This document shows positions 20,516-30,796 of a DNA stretch of 64,000 nucleotides, one piece after another. The notes beneath the pieces were generated by a model. It did no database searches, was not told the origin of the DNA, and worked only from the letters and a program-made list of their open reading frames with translations. The translations under genes and the position numbers were made by a program. Position 1 is the first letter of the stretch, and the number at the start of each line of letters is the position of its first letter. The stretch is taken from contig OZ243956.1 in NCBI GenBank assembly GCA_965214405.1, positions 2,656,001 through 2,720,000 of the forward strand. The letters run 5' to 3'. Source of the DNA: Trueperaceae bacterium. GTDB taxonomy: Bacteria > Deinococcota > Deinococci > Deinococcales > Trueperaceae.

Positions 20516-21742
20516 TTATGAAACTGCGAGCCTTTGAAGAACGCGGCGTAACGCGCGTCTGCCAATCCCGGACGCTTCAGGACCCAAGACGACGTTGGCA
20601 AGTCCTTTAGCAAGCTCTGGCCGCCGCTCCGCGAGATAAACGAGCGTGTTGAGCAGCCCCGGCGAAAGAAGGGCTTTTTGAAGGGTGCGGGAAAAAGAGA
20701 AGAGCGAGCCGAAGCGTTCGCGTAAACGTGCGTCATAGGATGAAAGCCCCGCGCGCGAAAGGTCCCCTCGAGCGAGGGCAGTAACCAGATGCTTGGCGGC
20801 GAGACGTCCGGACTCGAGCGCAAAGTCAATCCCGTCCCCCGTGAGCGGGTTTACCAGCCCCGCCGCCTCACCGACGAGCAAAATGCGGTCACTCACGGCG
20901 GAATAACGCGGGAAGTCCATGCGGATGGGGTAACCCTGGATGGGACCCGCCAAGCGTAAGCCCTGTAACGACCCTCTCAACGCGGGCGACTGCAAAAAGG
21001 GCTCGAGCGCCTCCCTGGGCGGCGTGGGTTTGGCGAGCCGCTTCCACACCTCTAGCGTGGGATAGAGCGCGACGCCGACGTTGGCGGTCGTGGTCGAGGT
21101 GGGAAAAATCCAGCCGTAACCGGGGAGCGGCAGCCCGTCGAAGCGGAACTGCATCCGTTGGGGCAAATCCTGAATGTTCTCCAGGTAAGCCCTCGCCGCC
21201 AGCGCCATCGGGGGCGGGCGCTCGAGCAGTCCCGCCTTGACGAGCAAACCGCTGTTCGCGCCCGTTGCCAGGACGAGCGCGCGGCTTCTGTAAAACACGT
21301 CTCGTCCTTCTTGTTGGCCTTGAACGGTGACGTAGCCGGTGGTGTGGGCATCACGCCCCAACCCCTTCACCCGCACTTTACAAAACTGCGCGCCCGCCTC
21401 CAAGGCTCTAGCGCGAACCGCGTCATCTAAAGCGTAGCGCGGGGCCACGATGATGTGGTCGGGCCAGCCCGGTTTGTCGGGAAGTTCCAGAGAAACAGTG
21501 CGGCCGTTCGGCGCGCTCACCGCCACCTCGTTCATCCGCCACGCGCCGGGGACGTTTAGAGGGTCCACCCCCATCTCGTTTAGCGCCTGCACCGCGCGCG
21601 GGGTGAGGCCGTCGCCGCAGGTTTTATCGCGTGGAAAGGTCACCCCGTCGAGGAGCAGCACCTCGAGCCCCGCCTCAGCGAGCCCGTAGGCCGCCGCCGA
21701 ACCTCCCGGCCCGGCACCCACGACAATGACGTCATAGGTCAT
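20516..21742 (-). CDS. Geranylgeranyl reductase family FAD oxidoreductase
   Basis: YDVIVVGAGPGG, FPRDKTCGDGL, PGYGWIFP, VGEAAGLVNPLTGDGI. Confidence 0.92.
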   Translation of the reverse strand: MTYDVIVVGAGPGGSAAAYGLAEAGLEVLLLDGVTFPRDKTCGDGLTPRAVQALNEMGVDPLNVPGAWRMNEVAVSAPNGRTVSLELPDKPGWPDHIIVAPRYALDDAVRARALEAGAQFCKVRVKGLGRDAHTTGYVTVQGQQEGRDVFYRSRALVLATGANSGLLVKAGLLERPPPMALAARAYLENIQDLPQRMQFRFDGLPLPGYGWIFPTSTTTANVGVALYPTLEVWKRLAKPTPPREALEPFLQSPALRGSLQGLRLAGPIQGYPIRMDFPRYSAVSDRILLVGEAAGLVNPLTGDGIDFALESGRLAAKHLVTALARGDLSRAGLSSYDARLRERFGSLFSFSRTLQKALLSPGLLNTLVYLAERRPELAKGLANVVLGPEASGIGRRALRRVLQRLAVS

Positions 21743-21890
21743 AAAGATAAGCTGGCTGCTTCAGTCACGTGAACCCTCTAGTCTTTATGCGCGTCTACAA
21801 CTCGCACGCCATCTTTGAGGTAGGAGTAGAGGAGGAAAAGTTTCTGTCTTTACTCACTACTTTCCACTCGGTACTCGGCACTTTCTTCAT

Positions 21891-22736
21891 CTACAACTTC
21901 AGCTCCAAAGGCCGCCACTTGAAGAGGTGAAAAAGCGCGTAAAGTTCAAACGCAAAAGGGATGTAGCCGATAAACCCCAGCAGCGGCATCTCGAACACGT
22001 ACAAAAACTCGACGCCCGGCGTGGTGTAAATCCACTTGGGCAGGGCGTAAAAGTTCCACATCTCCCAAAAAAAGCCGCATAGAAGCGCGCCCACCCCCAG
22101 CGCCACCACCGGACGCCAGTCGCCGCGGTCTAGGGGCTCGAGCAGCGACCCCTTGCCGAGCCACAGGTTAAGAGGTTCTAACAGACAATAAACCGAGCCC
22201 CACACGAACGGGTAAAAATAGATAGGCCAGCCCAGCACAAGCCCCAGCATGGTGAGGCCGAGCCCGAACAGCACGAGCGCCGTGCGCCCCGTTTTGGGAA
22301 TCCGCGGCCCCCGCCGGAGCCGGTCGACCCACCCAAAGGAACGCGCGAGTTCCGCCGTCTCGAACACCGCCGGAATCACGGTAGAAAACGCCAGCGAGGC
22401 GGTGAGGGCGTAGACCCATCTACTCATATCTTCAGCGCCTAAATAGTGCCAGTTTTGGGTGCGCAGGTTGATGAGTTCGAAAAGCCACCAGGCGGGGGCG
22501 GAGAGCACAAAAAGCATGGTGAACCCCCCCTTCGAGCGCGTCAGAATCGATGTGCCGCGCCGCTGCAACACGAGCGCGTCAACGACCAGCACGTACCCCA
22601 GCCACAGCGGGAAAAAGAGCAGGTGCGACCGGAGACCCGGCAAAAGCCAGTTGAGCGGCCAGCAGATAGCGATGAGCAGCAGACCTACCCAACCGTGCAA
22701 GGCCCAGCGGGCGCGCGGGCGGGCTCTAACGTTCAA
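21891..22736 (-). CDS. Conserved multi-TM membrane protein of unknown function
   Basis: Hydrophobic ORF with WWLFELIN...NWHY and GFFWEMWNFYALPKWIY...FEMPLLG repeat-like halves. Confidence 0.75.
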   Translation of the reverse strand: MNVRARPRARWALHGWVGLLLIAICWPLNWLLPGLRSHLLFFPLWLGYVLVVDALVLQRRGTSILTRSKGGFTMLFVLSAPAWWLFELINLRTQNWHYLGAEDMSRWVYALTASLAFSTVIPAVFETAELARSFGWVDRLRRGPRIPKTGRTALVLFGLGLTMLGLVLGWPIYFYPFVWGSVYCLLEPLNLWLGKGSLLEPLDRGDWRPVVALGVGALLCGFFWEMWNFYALPKWIYTTPGVEFLYVFEMPLLGFIGYIPFAFELYALFHLFKWRPLELKL

Positions 22737-22884
22737 GAGCGTTCCGGTAAAATTTGAGAATAAACGACATGCTCTTTTCTATCACGCGAGGAGCAAACCA
22801 CAACAATGGCTTGCCCAACAGTATTTCGCCCGATGACGCGCTTCTCAGCTCACCCAGCACGTTTGGTTTGACGGCGTGTGAAGC

Positions 22885-23376
22885 CTAGCTCTCCGCTATC
22901 GCCTGGAGCTGCGCCAGGTGGTTGAGGTCGTGGCCCGCCATGAAGCGCACCTCCAAATCCAGACTCACGGGGCCGCGCTCGGGATGACGGGCTTCGGTAA
23001 GCCAGTCGTGCAGGTCAAAACCGGCAAAGAGGGCCAAGTTCCAGGCGCGGAGCGCGCGAAAGGTTTCGACGGCCAGGGCGGGCTCGAGTCGCCCATACCG
23101 CTCCGCCCACCTGTTCTCATCAAAGACTTGAATGGGGGCACCCGCCAAGACTTGCCGAATCCGAAAGCTCTTGCCGAGCTCGACGTCCGCCATATGGCAA
23201 AGAATCTCGCGCGCGGTCCATTTATCCGGCGCGTAGGAGAGACTCATGCGGTACTCGCCTAAGCTTTCCAAAAGCGTCTCCAGAACGCGTGGCGTGTTTT
23301 CCAAAACCTTGATGGGGTCTTCGTCACCCAACATTGCGAGGATGCGTTCGGCATAGGCAGTTTCAGAAGATTGCAT
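22885..23376 (-). CDS. DinB-family protein
   Basis: APDKWTAREILCHMAD, HPERG, AGHDLNHLAQL. Confidence 0.88.
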   Translation of the reverse strand: MQSSETAYAERILAMLGDEDPIKVLENTPRVLETLLESLGEYRMSLSYAPDKWTAREILCHMADVELGKSFRIRQVLAGAPIQVFDENRWAERYGRLEPALAVETFRALRAWNLALFAGFDLHDWLTEARHPERGPVSLDLEVRFMAGHDLNHLAQLQAIAES

Positions 23377-23467
23377 ACTCCAGCCTAACCCCTGAGGCGC
23401 GTGGGGGCCGGTTGCGTGGGTGTCGTGAAAGAACGCTACCGCCCCGCTCTACCGCTATAGTGGCCTC

Positions 23468-23785
23468 ATGAACGATAGGGTCCCAGAAGTGAGCGTCCAG
23501 GAGGCGCAGAAGCGTGTTGACGCGGGCGCGCTGCTCCTCGACGTGAGAGAACAAAACGAGTTTGACGAGGCGCGTATCGGCGGCAGTCTCCTCCTGCCCC
23601 TTTCCGAATTCGTCGGGCGCTTTGAGGCCGAACTGCCCAAAGACCGCGAGATCGTGGTGCATTGCCGTAGTGGCAAACGCAGCGCGCAGGTCACGGAATT
23701 TCTGTTACAGAAGGGTTACGACGCGGTCAACGTGGCGGGCGGCCTGCTCGCGTGGGAAGAGGCGGAGCTTACGGTTGAACGTTGA
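23468..23785 (+). CDS. Rhodanese-like domain protein
   Basis: LLDVREQNEF, VHCRSGKRS, NVAGGLLAW. Confidence 0.92.
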   Translation: MNDRVPEVSVQEAQKRVDAGALLLDVREQNEFDEARIGGSLLLPLSEFVGRFEAELPKDREIVVHCRSGKRSAQVTEFLLQKGYDAVNVAGGLLAWEEAELTVER

Positions 23786-23799
23786 GGAACGTTGATCCT

Positions 23800-24930
23800 C
23801 TAGGCGGCGGTGAGTTCTGTGATTAACTCCCCGCGTTCGTAAAGGCGCACGAACGCCTCGACCACCTGCGGGTCGAACTGCGCGCCGCGCTGCGCTCTAA
23901 TTTCCTCCACGGCCTCGAGCAGCCCCCTGGCCTCGCGGTGGGCGCGGTTATGGGTCACGGCGTCGAACGTGTCGGCCACCGCCAGGATGCGGCTCTCTAT
24001 GGGAATCGCCTCGCCCGCCAAACCCTGCGGGTAGCCCGTGCCGTCCCAGCGCTCGTGGTGGGTCAGGGCGATGAGTTCGGCCATCTTGATAAGGGGCGAA
24101 CGCCCGCCCGAGAGAAGCTGCGCGCCGACCGCGGCGTGCGTTTTGACCACCTCGAACTCCTCCAGCGTGAGCTTGCCTGCTTTCAAGAGAATGCCGTCGG
24201 GAATGCTTATTTTGCCCACGTCGTGGAGCCGCGCCGCGCGCAGCAACTCTTCGGCTTGTTCCTTAGGCAAGCCCAGCTCGAGCGCCAGCAACCAAGACGT
24301 GCGCGACACCCGCCAGACGTGCTCGCCCGTCTCGTCGTCGCGGTACTCGGCGGCCTTGGCTAGACGCACGAGCATTTCGATATGGGTTTCTTCTAATTGT
24401 TTGGTGCGCTCCCTCACCCGCGCCTCCAGCCCCTCGTTTTGCTCGCGCAGCTTGAGGTGAAAGCGGCGCGCCTCCAACAAGTTCCGGATCCGCAGCCGCA
24501 CCTCCTCCGCCTCGAAGGGCTTGTTAAGAAAGTCTCTCGCGCCGCTCGAGAGCGCCCGCTGCTTCGTTTCGGGACGCACGTCGGCGGTGAGCATCAGGAT
24601 GGGGAAATACTCGTCTTCTGAAATGAGAGGGCCAAGCGCCGCCATCACCTCGAAGCCGTCTAAGTGGGGCATGTGCAGGTCCAGAAGCAGCAGGTCGGGC
24701 CGACACGCCCCAAAGCGCTTGACCACCTCGCGCGGGTCGCGAAGCACGGTGAGCTGCGTGTAGCCCGCGCGCTGCAGGATGCTTTTTAGGATGACGATGT
24801 TGGCCTCTTCGTCGTCGACAATCATCAGGTTCATGAGCTGGAGGTCCACACCGGATTGTAGAGCTTTGCCCGCGGGCGCGACGTTGATTTCTTGGCAGTT
24901 GTCACGGCCCGTTCTTGTGCCCTTTCCCAC
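23800..24930 (-). CDS. Response regulator with HD-GYP domain (real start probably about 24834)
   Basis: REC domain (IVDDE, LLDLHMP, KPF); LHDVGKI, HHERWDGTGYP. Confidence 0.92.
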   Translation of the reverse strand: MGKGTRTGRDNCQEINVAPAGKALQSGVDLQLMNLMIVDDEEANIVILKSILQRAGYTQLTVLRDPREVVKRFGACRPDLLLLDLHMPHLDGFEVMAALGPLISEDEYFPILMLTADVRPETKQRALSSGARDFLNKPFEAEEVRLRIRNLLEARRFHLKLREQNEGLEARVRERTKQLEETHIEMLVRLAKAAEYRDDETGEHVWRVSRTSWLLALELGLPKEQAEELLRAARLHDVGKISIPDGILLKAGKLTLEEFEVVKTHAAVGAQLLSGGRSPLIKMAELIALTHHERWDGTGYPQGLAGEAIPIESRILAVADTFDAVTHNRAHREARGLLEAVEEIRAQRGAQFDPQVVEAFVRLYERGELITELTAA

Positions 24931-24950
24931 ACGCGTGACAAAATGAAGGC

Positions 24951-25376
24951 GTGTTCTCTTATCAGACGAACTTAGAAGGCGTTACACCCGACAAGCTCAC
25001 GGGCTTTTTCGTCGGCTGGCCGAATCCGCCTTCCCCTGAAACGCACCTGCGCATCCTGCAAGCAAGTTCTCACGTCGTGCTGGCCTGGGAAGAAGACGGG
25101 GCAGAGGACGGGGTGGAAGACAGAGTCGTCGGCTTCGTTACCGCCATCAGCGACGGCGTGTTGGCGGCTTATGTGCCGCTGCTCGAGGTGCTCCCTTCTC
25201 ACCAAAAACAGGGTGTTGGGCAGGAGCTCATGCGGCGGATGTTGGAGAGTTTGGACGGGCTTTACATGGTTGACTTGCTTTGTGACGACGCGCTACAACC
25301 CTTTTATGAGAAGCTGGGGATGCGGCACTCTCAGGGGATGATGGTCAGGAATTATGCGCGACAGTCGGGAAAATAG
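24951..25376 (+). CDS. GNAT N-acetyltransferase
   Basis: GFFVGWPNPPS, LEVLPSHQKQGVG, FYEKLG. Confidence 0.88.
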   Translation: MFSYQTNLEGVTPDKLTGFFVGWPNPPSPETHLRILQASSHVVLAWEEDGAEDGVEDRVVGFVTAISDGVLAAYVPLLEVLPSHQKQGVGQELMRRMLESLDGLYMVDLLCDDALQPFYEKLGMRHSQGMMVRNYARQSGK

Positions 25377-25398
25377 GGGAGGCTTCCAAAGCCTCCCC
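25376..25398. terminator. Hairpin between convergent GNAT and nuoN
   Basis: GGGGAGGCTT-CCA-AAGCCTCCCC; no clear U-tract. Confidence 0.45.
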
Positions 25399-25428
25399 GG
25401 AGTGTCATCAAGCGTGACGTGTAGTGCG

Positions 25429-26889
25429 CTAGCGGCTTGTTAGGAAGCTCTGTCCGGCCTCGAGCAGCCCGTACCACCACCCCGGCAGGATGCCCAGGAG
25501 CACCGTACCCAACGCCGCCACGCCAATGGCGATGTTCGTCGCGCCACTAAAAAAGCGCGGCGGCTCGTACTCGGGCTCTCTAAAGTACATCGCGCCGATA
25601 ACCCGGAAGTAATAAAACACCGCGGCCACGCTTGTAACGATGGCAATAATGGCAAGCGTGATATAGCCCGCTTCAATCGCCGCGCCGAATACTAGAATCT
25701 TACCCGTGAACCCAGCCAAGGGCGGGATGCCCGCCAAGCTGAGCATAAAGAGCGTCATCATCGCGGCCAGCCAGGGGCGTTTGCGTCCTAGACCTGCGAA
25801 GCGTTCCAAATCGTCGCCGTGGTCGTTTTTATCGCCAATCAGCGTAAGGACCGCGAACGCGCCCGCGTTCATGAGCGTGTAGGCGGTCAGATACCACACC
25901 ACCGCCTCCGTGCCTACCGTGCCCGCCGCGAGCACCGCCAATCCCAAGTAGCCCGCGTGCGCCACCGCCGAATAGGCCAGCATCCGCTTGACGCTCCGTT
26001 GCAAGAGCGCAGTAAAGTTGCCGACAATGAGCGTGAGCGCCACCAACACGGCCAAAACTTGAGGAAATATTTCGCCGATAAAAGGGTAAACAACGGCGAA
26101 CACGCGCAGGAGCGCCGCGAAGGCGGCGGTCTTGACGACCACGCTCATAAAGGCCGTGACCGAGGTGGGCGCGCCCGTATACACGTCGGGCGACCACTGG
26201 TGAAAGGGCGCGAGCGCGGTTTTGAAGCCGAGACCGCAAAGGATGAACATACCCCCCAGCGCCGCGAGCAGGGGCTGGCTGAAACCCTCCAAAAGGAGCG
26301 CGGCGGCGATTCCGCCGTAAACGAACTGTCCCGTCGCGCCGTAGAGGAGCGCCACGCCGTAAATCAAAAAGGCCGAGGCGAACGCGCCTAAGAGAAAATA
26401 CTTCATCCCCGCCTCTTCGGACTCGCGCGCGTCCTGCCGCCAGGCCGAGAGCACGTAGACGGCTAAGGACATAATTTCTAAGCCCAGCACCAGCGTGACG
26501 AAGTCGCCCGCCGCAACGAGCACCATCGCGCCTGTCGCGCTGAGGAGCACCAGCGGGTAGTATTCGGGATGCTCGAGCTCCGCCCGCTTCAGATAGTCGT
26601 AACTTATGCACACCGCCAGGGCCGTCCCGATGAGAATCACGAAGTTGAGCGCCAAGGCCGGACGGTCCGCTAAGTAACGCAGCCCAAAGGCGCTCTCCGC
26701 TCCCGGCGCGTTACTCACGAACAGGTTGAAATTGAACAACGCTGAGACCGCGATGCCGACGAACGCCAGCACCGCCGACGGGTGGCTGTCCTCGTTGTAA
26801 ATGGCGAAAAGGAGCCCAAAGGCCGCGGTGATGAGCAGGATCAAAGGGGGCGCGATGGTGGCGAAACTTACGTCTACCGCCGGAATCAC
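25429..26889 (-). CDS. nuoN: NADH-quinone oxidoreductase subunit N
   Basis: EAGMKYFLLG, FKTALAPFHQWSPDVYTGAP, KRMLAYS; operon position. Confidence 0.96.
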   Translation of the reverse strand: MIPAVDVSFATIAPPLILLITAAFGLLFAIYNEDSHPSAVLAFVGIAVSALFNFNLFVSNAPGAESAFGLRYLADRPALALNFVILIGTALAVCISYDYLKRAELEHPEYYPLVLLSATGAMVLVAAGDFVTLVLGLEIMSLAVYVLSAWRQDARESEEAGMKYFLLGAFASAFLIYGVALLYGATGQFVYGGIAAALLLEGFSQPLLAALGGMFILCGLGFKTALAPFHQWSPDVYTGAPTSVTAFMSVVVKTAAFAALLRVFAVVYPFIGEIFPQVLAVLVALTLIVGNFTALLQRSVKRMLAYSAVAHAGYLGLAVLAAGTVGTEAVVWYLTAYTLMNAGAFAVLTLIGDKNDHGDDLERFAGLGRKRPWLAAMMTLFMLSLAGIPPLAGFTGKILVFGAAIEAGYITLAIIAIVTSVAAVFYYFRVIGAMYFREPEYEPPRFFSGATNIAIGVAALGTVLLGILPGWWYGLLEAGQSFLTSR

Positions 26890-28367
26890 TGGGTGCCTCC
26901 TCGAGCCGCTTCCAACCGCGCGTTGTCTGAGGGAACTTTGACTAGAAGCGCGTCTTGCTGCGTGGTAATAACAAGCGCCTGCCTTTCGATGCGCCTGAGC
27001 TGCGGGTTCGGAAACACGCCCAGCCAGAGAATCCCGGCCACGATGGGTGCCAAGAGAAGTAGCTCACGGCTCCCCATCTCCCGCACCGGCCCGTGCGTCT
27101 CCGCGCCCTGATAGAGACGCTGATAGAGGTTGACGCCGTACACGCCCGCCGCAATCACGGAGAGCGTCGCCACCCCCGCCAGCCAGACGTTTGTTTGAAA
27201 GGCTCCCATCAGGCTCATAAACTCACCCGGAAAGTTGGACAGGCCCGGCACCCCGATGGACGCGAACAGGACGAAAAGCATCACCGCGGCCATCATCGGC
27301 GCGCTTTTGGCGAGCCCGCCGTAGTGAGCCAGGTCGAAACTCCCGCGCCGCGCGTAGAGCATCCCGGAAAGGAGAAAAAGCCCGCCCGTCGAGACCATCT
27401 GCGCGGCCAAAAGGAACACTGCCCCATTAAGCCCCGCGATGTGCAGCCCGAACACGCCGACGCCCACGATGCCCATGTGCGACAACGAGGCGTAGGCGAG
27501 GAGGCGTTTCATGTGCGTTTGCGAGGTGGCGATGATGGCCGCGTAGAGCGCTGTGACCGCGGCAAAGGCGAGCAGGTAAGGCGCGGCGGCGGCGGCGGCG
27601 TTGGGCAAAAGCGGCAGCGCCCAGGCGAAAAAGCCCCAGCCGCCCACCTTGTAGAGCGTGCCCGCCATGTCGGCGGCCCCCGAAGGGTGGTTCTGCTCGT
27701 GAAAGTCGGGCAGCCAGGCGTGGAGTGGCCAGAGGGGGAGCTTGACTGCAAAGGCGAGCGTGAAAGCGATAAAGAGCCAGAGTTGTGTGGGGAAAGGTAG
27801 CGCGGGCGTGACCGCCAAGAGGTCGTCCAGGCGATAACTCAGCGCGCCGGAGAGTGGTCTGATGGCGAGAATGGCGACGAGCATGAGAAACGAGCCCGTC
27901 ACCGCGTACATGAGGTACTTAATGGCCGCTTGCCGCCGCCCCAACCCGCCCCAAATGCCGAGCATGAGCACGCTGGGGATTAAAGTCGCTTCCCAGAAAA
28001 CGTAGAAGAGCACGAGGTCTTTGGCTAGAAACACGCCGTTGAGCCCCGCCTGCATGAGCAGCAGCAAAGCGACGAACGCGCCCATGTGACGCTCCACGGT
28101 GAGACTCGCGTAAACCGCCGCGGGAATCATCACCAGCGAGGCGACGAGGACGAGGAGGCCGGAGGCCCCCGCCGGGCTGAGCGAGAAGTAGACCTCGAAG
28201 CCCGGTATCCAGAGAGTTTCGACAGCGGGGCTCGAGCCCAGAAACAGCGCCACCACAAACGTCGCCAGCGTGCCGATAATCGTAAAGGCGTGCTTGAGCG
28301 GCGAGGTGGGAATGAGCGCGACCACAAGCGCAGTCGCCAAGGGAACGAGGAGCGCCGCCAGCGTCAT
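26886..28367 (-). CDS. nuoM: NADH-quinone oxidoreductase subunit M
   Basis: FYVFWE, AFAVKLPLWPLHAWLP, KRLLAYASLSHMG. Confidence 0.96.
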   Translation of the reverse strand: MTLAALLVPLATALVVALIPTSPLKHAFTIIGTLATFVVALFLGSSPAVETLWIPGFEVYFSLSPAGASGLLVLVASLVMIPAAVYASLTVERHMGAFVALLLLMQAGLNGVFLAKDLVLFYVFWEATLIPSVLMLGIWGGLGRRQAAIKYLMYAVTGSFLMLVAILAIRPLSGALSYRLDDLLAVTPALPFPTQLWLFIAFTLAFAVKLPLWPLHAWLPDFHEQNHPSGAADMAGTLYKVGGWGFFAWALPLLPNAAAAAAPYLLAFAAVTALYAAIIATSQTHMKRLLAYASLSHMGIVGVGVFGLHIAGLNGAVFLLAAQMVSTGGLFLLSGMLYARRGSFDLAHYGGLAKSAPMMAAVMLFVLFASIGVPGLSNFPGEFMSLMGAFQTNVWLAGVATLSVIAAGVYGVNLYQRLYQGAETHGPVREMGSRELLLLAPIVAGILWLGVFPNPQLRRIERQALVITTQQDALLVKVPSDNARLEAARGGTQ

Positions 28368-30286
28368 GCCAGCACCCCTAGAAGAACCACGACGAGCACG
28401 AGCGCCACCAGCCCGAGGAGCATCGCCAGCGCGTAGGCGCGAACATAACCCGTTTGGAGAAATCCGACGGTGCGCGCGAAGAGCCCGGCGCTGGTGAAGC
28501 CGCCGCCGATGCCTTTGTCTACAAGTTCCCGGTCCACCGTAGAAAGCCCAGTTGCAGCACCCTCACCTGTTCGGGTAAAGAGACTCCTGTAGAGCGCGTC
28601 GAAGCCGCCGCCGCGCTGCGACAGCGTGTTGAGCGGGCCTAAACTTTCAGCGAGACGCCGCGCGGGCCGCCCGCCGCTCAGGTGATAGAACCAGAAGCCG
28701 ACGAACAAGCCCACCGCCGCCGCGAGGACCGACACACCGATGAGGAGCCATTCGGTTTGAAGGGTAGGGTGCGCGAAGCTTAGAACAGGGGTAACGGGCT
28801 CGAGCCACCCCGCGAACCAGCTCGGCGCGACAAACTCGGGCAAACCGATATACCCCGCCACCACGCTAAAAAAGGCGAGGACGATAAGCGGCACGGTCAT
28901 GACTCGAGGCGACTCGTGCAGGCGCGCCCGCGCCTCCGCCGTAAACCTTTCTTCGCCCGCAAAAACTTGGTAGTACCAGCGGAACATATAAAACGCGGTC
29001 ATCACCGCCGTCGCCAGCAGGAGGCCGTAAATGATTACGTTGCCGTAGTCGCTGATAAGTTCGCTGTTAAAGGTATAAGCCAACACCGCATCCTTGCTAA
29101 AAAAGCCCGACAGCAAAGGCACCCCGGTAATCGCCAGCACCGCAATAAGCGCAGTGGTTCCGGTGGTCTTCATGTGCTTGCCGAGTCCGCCCATTCTTTC
29201 AATATCCTGCTCGCCGCCCAACGCGTGAATGACCGAGCCCGCCCCCAAAAAGAGGAGCGCCTTGAAAAAGGCGTGGGTGAAAAGGTGAAAAATCCCCACC
29301 CAGTAGGCCCCGACGCCCACCGCCACGAACATATAGCCGAGCTGCGACACGGTTGAGTAGGCGAGAATCTTTTTGACGTCGCGTTGCGACAAGGCCGCAA
29401 AGGCCGCGACAAAAGCTGTAATTGCCCCCACCCAGGCCACCACCGCCGAGGCGGCGGGCGCGCCTGCGAAGAGGGGCGCAGCCCTTGCAATCAAGTACAC
29501 CCCCGCCGTGACCATCGTCGCCGCGTGAATCAAGGCCGACACGGGCGTGGGTCCCGCCATCGCGTCGGGCAGCCAGACCTGCAAGGGCAACTGCGCCGAT
29601 TTGCCCGTGGCCCCCACGAAGTAGAGCAGCGCAATTAAAGTAGTGGAACCAATCGCAAGCCCCACCGCCGCCTCGTTGACCGCCGCAATGTTGAGGGTGC
29701 CGAAAGTCTGAAAGGTCAGAAACATCGCCAGCAAAAAGCCCACGTCGCCGATGCGGTTGACGATGAAGGCTTTACGCGCCGCGTCCGCGTTGAGGCGGTC
29801 GCCGTACCAGAAACCAATCAGCAGGTACGAACAGACTCCCACCCCCTCCCAGCCCACGAACATGAGCAGGAACGAGTCCGCCATCACGAGCACGAGCATG
29901 GCCGCGACGAAGAGGTTGAGCCCCGCGAAGTAGCGGCTAAAGCCGTCGTCGCCGTGCATATAGCCAATCGAATAGAGGTGGATGAGCGTGCCCACCCCGG
30001 TGATGACCATCATCAGGAGGACGCTTAAAGGGTCTATCACAAAGCCAAGGTCGAGCCTGAAGTCGCCCGCCGTCAAATAGGGCCAGAGCGCAACCGAAAC
30101 GCCCTCTTCGCGTCCCAAGAGAGCAAAAAATGCGATGAGCGAGAGCAAAAATCCTGCGCCCACGGCAACCGTGCCGACAATTCCCGGCACCGGCTCCTTG
30201 AGGCTGCGCCCGAAGAGGCCGTTGATGAGCGCGCCGATGAGGGCTAAGAGGGGCGCGAAAGCGGCAAAGGCGACAACGTCACTCAT
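28364..30286 (-). CDS. nuoL: NADH-quinone oxidoreductase subunit L
   Basis: GKSAQLPLQVWLPDAMAGPTPVSALIHAATMVTAG, HAFFKALLFL. Confidence 0.97.
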   Translation of the reverse strand: MSDVVAFAAFAPLLALIGALINGLFGRSLKEPVPGIVGTVAVGAGFLLSLIAFFALLGREEGVSVALWPYLTAGDFRLDLGFVIDPLSVLLMMVITGVGTLIHLYSIGYMHGDDGFSRYFAGLNLFVAAMLVLVMADSFLLMFVGWEGVGVCSYLLIGFWYGDRLNADAARKAFIVNRIGDVGFLLAMFLTFQTFGTLNIAAVNEAAVGLAIGSTTLIALLYFVGATGKSAQLPLQVWLPDAMAGPTPVSALIHAATMVTAGVYLIARAAPLFAGAPAASAVVAWVGAITAFVAAFAALSQRDVKKILAYSTVSQLGYMFVAVGVGAYWVGIFHLFTHAFFKALLFLGAGSVIHALGGEQDIERMGGLGKHMKTTGTTALIAVLAITGVPLLSGFFSKDAVLAYTFNSELISDYGNVIIYGLLLATAVMTAFYMFRWYYQVFAGEERFTAEARARLHESPRVMTVPLIVLAFFSVVAGYIGLPEFVAPSWFAGWLEPVTPVLSFAHPTLQTEWLLIGVSVLAAAVGLFVGFWFYHLSGGRPARRLAESLGPLNTLSQRGGGFDALYRSLFTRTGEGAATGLSTVDRELVDKGIGGGFTSAGLFARTVGFLQTGYVRAYALAMLLGLVALVLVVVLLGVLA

Positions 30287-30374
30287 AGAACTTCCTGCGA
30301 TTCATAAAAATTCTCAAGGTGGGCTCGAGCCCCACCCATCACTAAAACTCCATCAACCCTTTTACTCCAGCCCC

Positions 30375-30695
30375 TCACAACCGCACCTCAGAAAGCGCGT
30401 CCACATCCGTACTCACCCGGTTGCGGAAAATCGCCACCAGAATCCCCAGCCCCACCGCCACCTCCGCCGCCGCAATCGCCAAGATGATAAACACCGCCGC
30501 CTGCCCCGAGAGCGCCACCGCGCTTCCCGCTATAGACCACTGCCGCGCGAAAGCTACCAACGCCAAGTTAGCGGCGTTGAGCATGAGTTCAACCGACAAA
30601 AAAATCATGATGGCGCTCCGCCGGGTCAAGACCCCCACCGCGCCAATCGAAAAAATAAGCCCGCTCAGCGCGACGTAGTATTCAGTGGGAACCAT
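30375..30695 (-). CDS. nuoK: NADH-quinone oxidoreductase subunit K
   Basis: [18 protein letters not shown]. Confidence 0.96.
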   Translation of the reverse strand: MVPTEYYVALSGLIFSIGAVGVLTRRSAIMIFLSVELMLNAANLALVAFARQWSIAGSAVALSGQAAVFIILAIAAAEVAVGLGILVAIFRNRVSTDVDALSEVRL

Positions 30696-30714
30696 AGGAG
30701 CCTCCTTCGGAGGA

Positions 30715-30790
30715 GGTAGGGGAGGTAAAAGAGGAAAGAGGAAAGGTTAAAGCCTTTTCTTTCCTCTTAGTCCCTTTCTCTTTTACCTTG
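30715..30790. repeat. Purine-then-pyrimidine imperfect hairpin, nuoJ-nuoK spacer
   Basis: AGGTAAAAGAGGAAAGAGGAAAGG...CCTTTTCTTTCCTCTT...CTCTTTTACCTT. Confidence 0.6.
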
Positions 30791-30796
30791 TTGGCC

